Shown: positions 62,272 to 64,000 of the stretch, piece after piece
Layout of the letters: the number at the start of each line of letters is the position of its first letter
Numbering within the stretch: the stretch's first letter is position 1
NCBI GenBank assembly: GCA_039000725.1
Contig: JAWBNO010000001.1
Span: forward strand, 23,616 to 87,615
Reading direction: 5' to 3'
Origin: Candidatus Aenigmatarchaeota archaeon
GTDB lineage: Archaea; Aenigmatarchaeota; Aenigmatarchaeia; CG10238-14; SpSt-28
Length of the DNA stretch: 64,000 nucleotides
Program-made: the position numbers and the translations under genes
The notes under the pieces: model-generated
What the model was told of the DNA's origin: nothing
Databases searched by the model: none
The model's input: the letters and a program-made list of their open reading frames with translations, nothing else

Positions 62272-64000
62272 AAAAATTAAGGAAATTTTAGAAGAGGGTA
62301 AAAAAATTAAAGAAGAATTTTTAGCTGAAAAAGGTGAATTAGGGTTAAAAATCGAAAGTAAAACTGCAACCTATATTTTACTCAAATCTGATGGACTAAA
62401 ACTACATCACGCAGGTTATTTTATTCCACTTACAGAACAGCTTAGATTTGGTCAACTTTTTTATGCTTTTACAAGAATAAAAACAAAAGATAAAGAAGGT
62501 AACGAAATAGAAGACGAAAGAATTCTTCCTTTCTTAATAGAAGCACGATACAATGAAAATAAAATTAGTGATGTTGAGGTGAAACCATTAAACGAAGTTG
62601 AATATATAGATTTGGGTGAAACTATTGCTCAAATTGAGAAAAAGACCTTAGGAGGGTCAAGTTTACCAACTCAATTACCGCTTGAAATTGTTGAAAAAAT
62701 TGCAAAAAGAAAAAATTTAATTTCAGACCCCTTGGTGGAGTTAAGAAATACATACAAAATTTTAAAGGAAAAATTATTGCAACATATAGACCAAGATGAA
62801 AATATTGTTGATATCGCTTTATGTTGGAGCATTGCAACATATTGGAATGAAATTTTTGGTGTAATGCCATTGCTAGTTTTAATTGGGATTTCTGGCTCGG
62901 GTAAAACCCGTTTTGGGACGGCCCTCTCTTTTATAGCTAAAAAAGGGCTGGGGATCGCGGATCCAACTGATGCCAATTTAAGTAGAGTTATAGATGGTTT
63001 TAAACCGACGTTATTAATGGACGATTGGGATGAAGTGATGAGGAACAAAAAAATAATAGCACAATCAATATTAAAGCATGTTTACAAATCTACTGTTGCA
63101 ATTCCAAGATTAACTCAAATTGGTAAAAGATTTGTTGTTGATATGTTTTCTCCATATGCGCCAGTTATTATAACTACATCTGAACCAATAACTGAACCCC
63201 AACTTCAGAGGAGAATAATCGAATTGCAATGTAGAAAAACAACTAGAAAGTTTCCAAATATTTATAATTACAATTTATATTTTCTGTCATTATTTGAAAA
63301 TGAAAGAAAAAAGTTGTATGAGATAATGTTTCTTTTAGCCCCAACCGTGTTTTCAACATTTGAATCTCTTGATATCGATATCCCAGCACCTTATTCTGAG
63401 ATTTGGATTCCAATTTTGACTGTTGCTAAACTATTAGGTGAAGATGTATACGAGAGGGTATATAGTTATGCAAGAAAAACTATAGAAGAAAAAGAGGAAG
63501 AAGTTTACAGAGAGGAGAAACTAATTTTACATGCTATCGGTTTACTCTTTAAAGAAAAAACAACAATCGAAGGTAAAGGGGTTGAAGTATTAGAATTTGC
63601 TGTCAGTGAACTTCGAGAAAAACTAAAAACTATAGTTGTTGATGAACTGAGAGAAATGGAGGAGAAACAATTTGAAAAGTATTTTTCAATACAGCGCATA
63701 ACTTTAATCTTACAAAGATTGGGTATAAAGATAGGGAAACGAACCAAAAAGAAAAGAAAAAGAGAAATAAGCATGCAGGAATATATGGAAATATTAAAAA
63801 GATTAGGTTTTGAACCGGGTGACGAGGGTGACGCGGGTGACGCGATATATGCATGCACAAGTGGAACTGAAGTTTCAAAAAATGCGCCAAATAGCCAAAT
63901 AGACGCAAAATTTGAAACTGTAAAAATAGATACACACACATACATCGCGTCACCCTCGTCACCCGCGTCACCCTACCCATTACAGGTTAATCAAAACCCA
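62258..64000 (+). CDS. P-loop NTPase (candidate replication/packaging ATPase of the element), open at the right window edge
   Basis: The frame is open from ATG 62258 to the window end (>580 codons), so the track misses it. Walker A is LIGISGSGKTRFG (~62880-62915) and Walker B-like is PTLLMDDWDE (~63005-63035). The true C-terminus is uncertain because the frame reads through the GC-rich repeats. Confidence 0.6.
   Translation, partial: MEVNEKIKEILEEGKKIKEEFLAEKGELGLKIESKTATYILLKSDGLKLHHAGYFIPLTEQLRFGQLFYAFTRIKTKDKEGNEIEDERILPFLIEARYNENKISDVEVKPLNEVEYIDLGETIAQIEKKTLGGSSLPTQLPLEIVEKIAKRKNLISDPLVELRNTYKILKEKLLQHIDQDENIVDIALCWSIATYWNEIFGVMPLLVLIGISGSGKTRFGTALSFIAKKGLGIADPTDANLSRVIDGFKPTLLMDDWDEVMRNKKIIAQSILKHVYKSTVAIPRLTQIGKRFVVDMFSPYAPVIITTSEPITEPQLQRRIIELQCRKTTRKFPNIYNYNLYFLSLFENERKKLYEIMFLLAPTVFSTFESLDIDIPAPYSEIWIPILTVAKLLGEDVYERVYSYARKTIEEKEEEVYREEKLILHAIGLLFKEKTTIEGKGVEVLEFAVSELREKLKTIVVDELREMEEKQFEKYFSIQRITLILQRLGIKIGKRTKKKRKREISMQEYMEILKRLGFEPGDEGDAGDAIYACTSGTEVSKNAPNSQIDAKFETVKIDTHTYIASPSSPASPYPLQVNQNP
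63817..63973. repeat. Two inverted arrays of three tandem GC-rich 9-mers (GGGTGACGM) separated by a 101-bp AT-rich spacer
   Basis: The left arm is 63817-63844 (GGGTGACGA GGGTGACGC GGGTGACGC G). The right arm is 63946-63973 (C GCGTCACCC TCGTCACCC GCGTCACCC). The spacer contains ATATATGCATGCA and ACACACACATACAT. Confidence 0.8.

Larger units (their letters stand above)
59532..64000. mobile_element. tRNA-Glu-adjacent integrated element (provirus or plasmid-like); the right end is outside the window
   Basis: An intact tyrosine integrase gene starts 63 nt after the tRNA. Orphan wHTH-like genes, an RHH gene, a P-loop NTPase gene and iteron-like repeats follow. The left boundary probably lies inside the tRNA 3' part (att core). 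No second att copy was found in the window. Confidence 0.6.

Noticed and set aside
62622-63980. Four minus-strand ORFs (82-146 aa) at the right end
   Set aside because: They are antisense to the long open P-loop ORF. Two of them owe their length to reading through the GC-rich 9-mer repeats (RVTRVTRVTR).

Overview
Strongly AT-rich archaeal chromosomal window. The identification rests on split rpoB, rpoH, aEF-1alpha/aEF-2, L30e, a short KH-only NusA, a family-B DNA polymerase and Taw1.

(1) Positions 1-24346 (38% of the window, minus strand) are one uninterrupted ORF of more than 8,115 codons that runs off the left edge. The ORF track misses it because it has no in-window stop. It encodes a signal-anchored surface protein rich in Cys and N-glycosylation sequons. 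About 15 diverged tandem modules of ~324 aa (three domains each) make up most of it, with a three-module super-period. Its start overlaps the stop of a small secreted-protein gene, and it faces a wHTH regulator across an intergenic region dense in TCGACA sites.

(2) The middle holds housekeeping genes: a PAP2/polyprenol-kinase-like fusion, proS, ADP-forming acetyl-CoA synthetase, polB, nth, and asnS plus an asnA-like gene plus an AsnC-type regulator.

(3) The right part is the classic rpoH-rpoB-rpoA-rpl30e-nusA-rps12-rps7-EF2-EF1a...rps10 cluster, with three peculiarities:
- RpoB' and RpoA' are fused in one 1,432-codon ORF.
- EF-2 carries a 488-codon LAGLIDADG intein in its P-loop.
- A tightly packed 4-gene thiol-disulfide/Fe-S cassette plus a membrane wHTH regulator sits between tuf and rps10.

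(4) The window ends with taw1, acyP, a tRNA-Glu(CUC) with a 16-nt T-loop insertion, and a tRNA-adjacent integrated element that runs off the right edge. The element carries a tyrosine integrase, an RHH protein, a P-loop NTPase and GC-rich 9-mer inverted arrays.

No rRNA gene or CRISPR array was seen. All family assignments come from motif recognition by eye; no database search was run.
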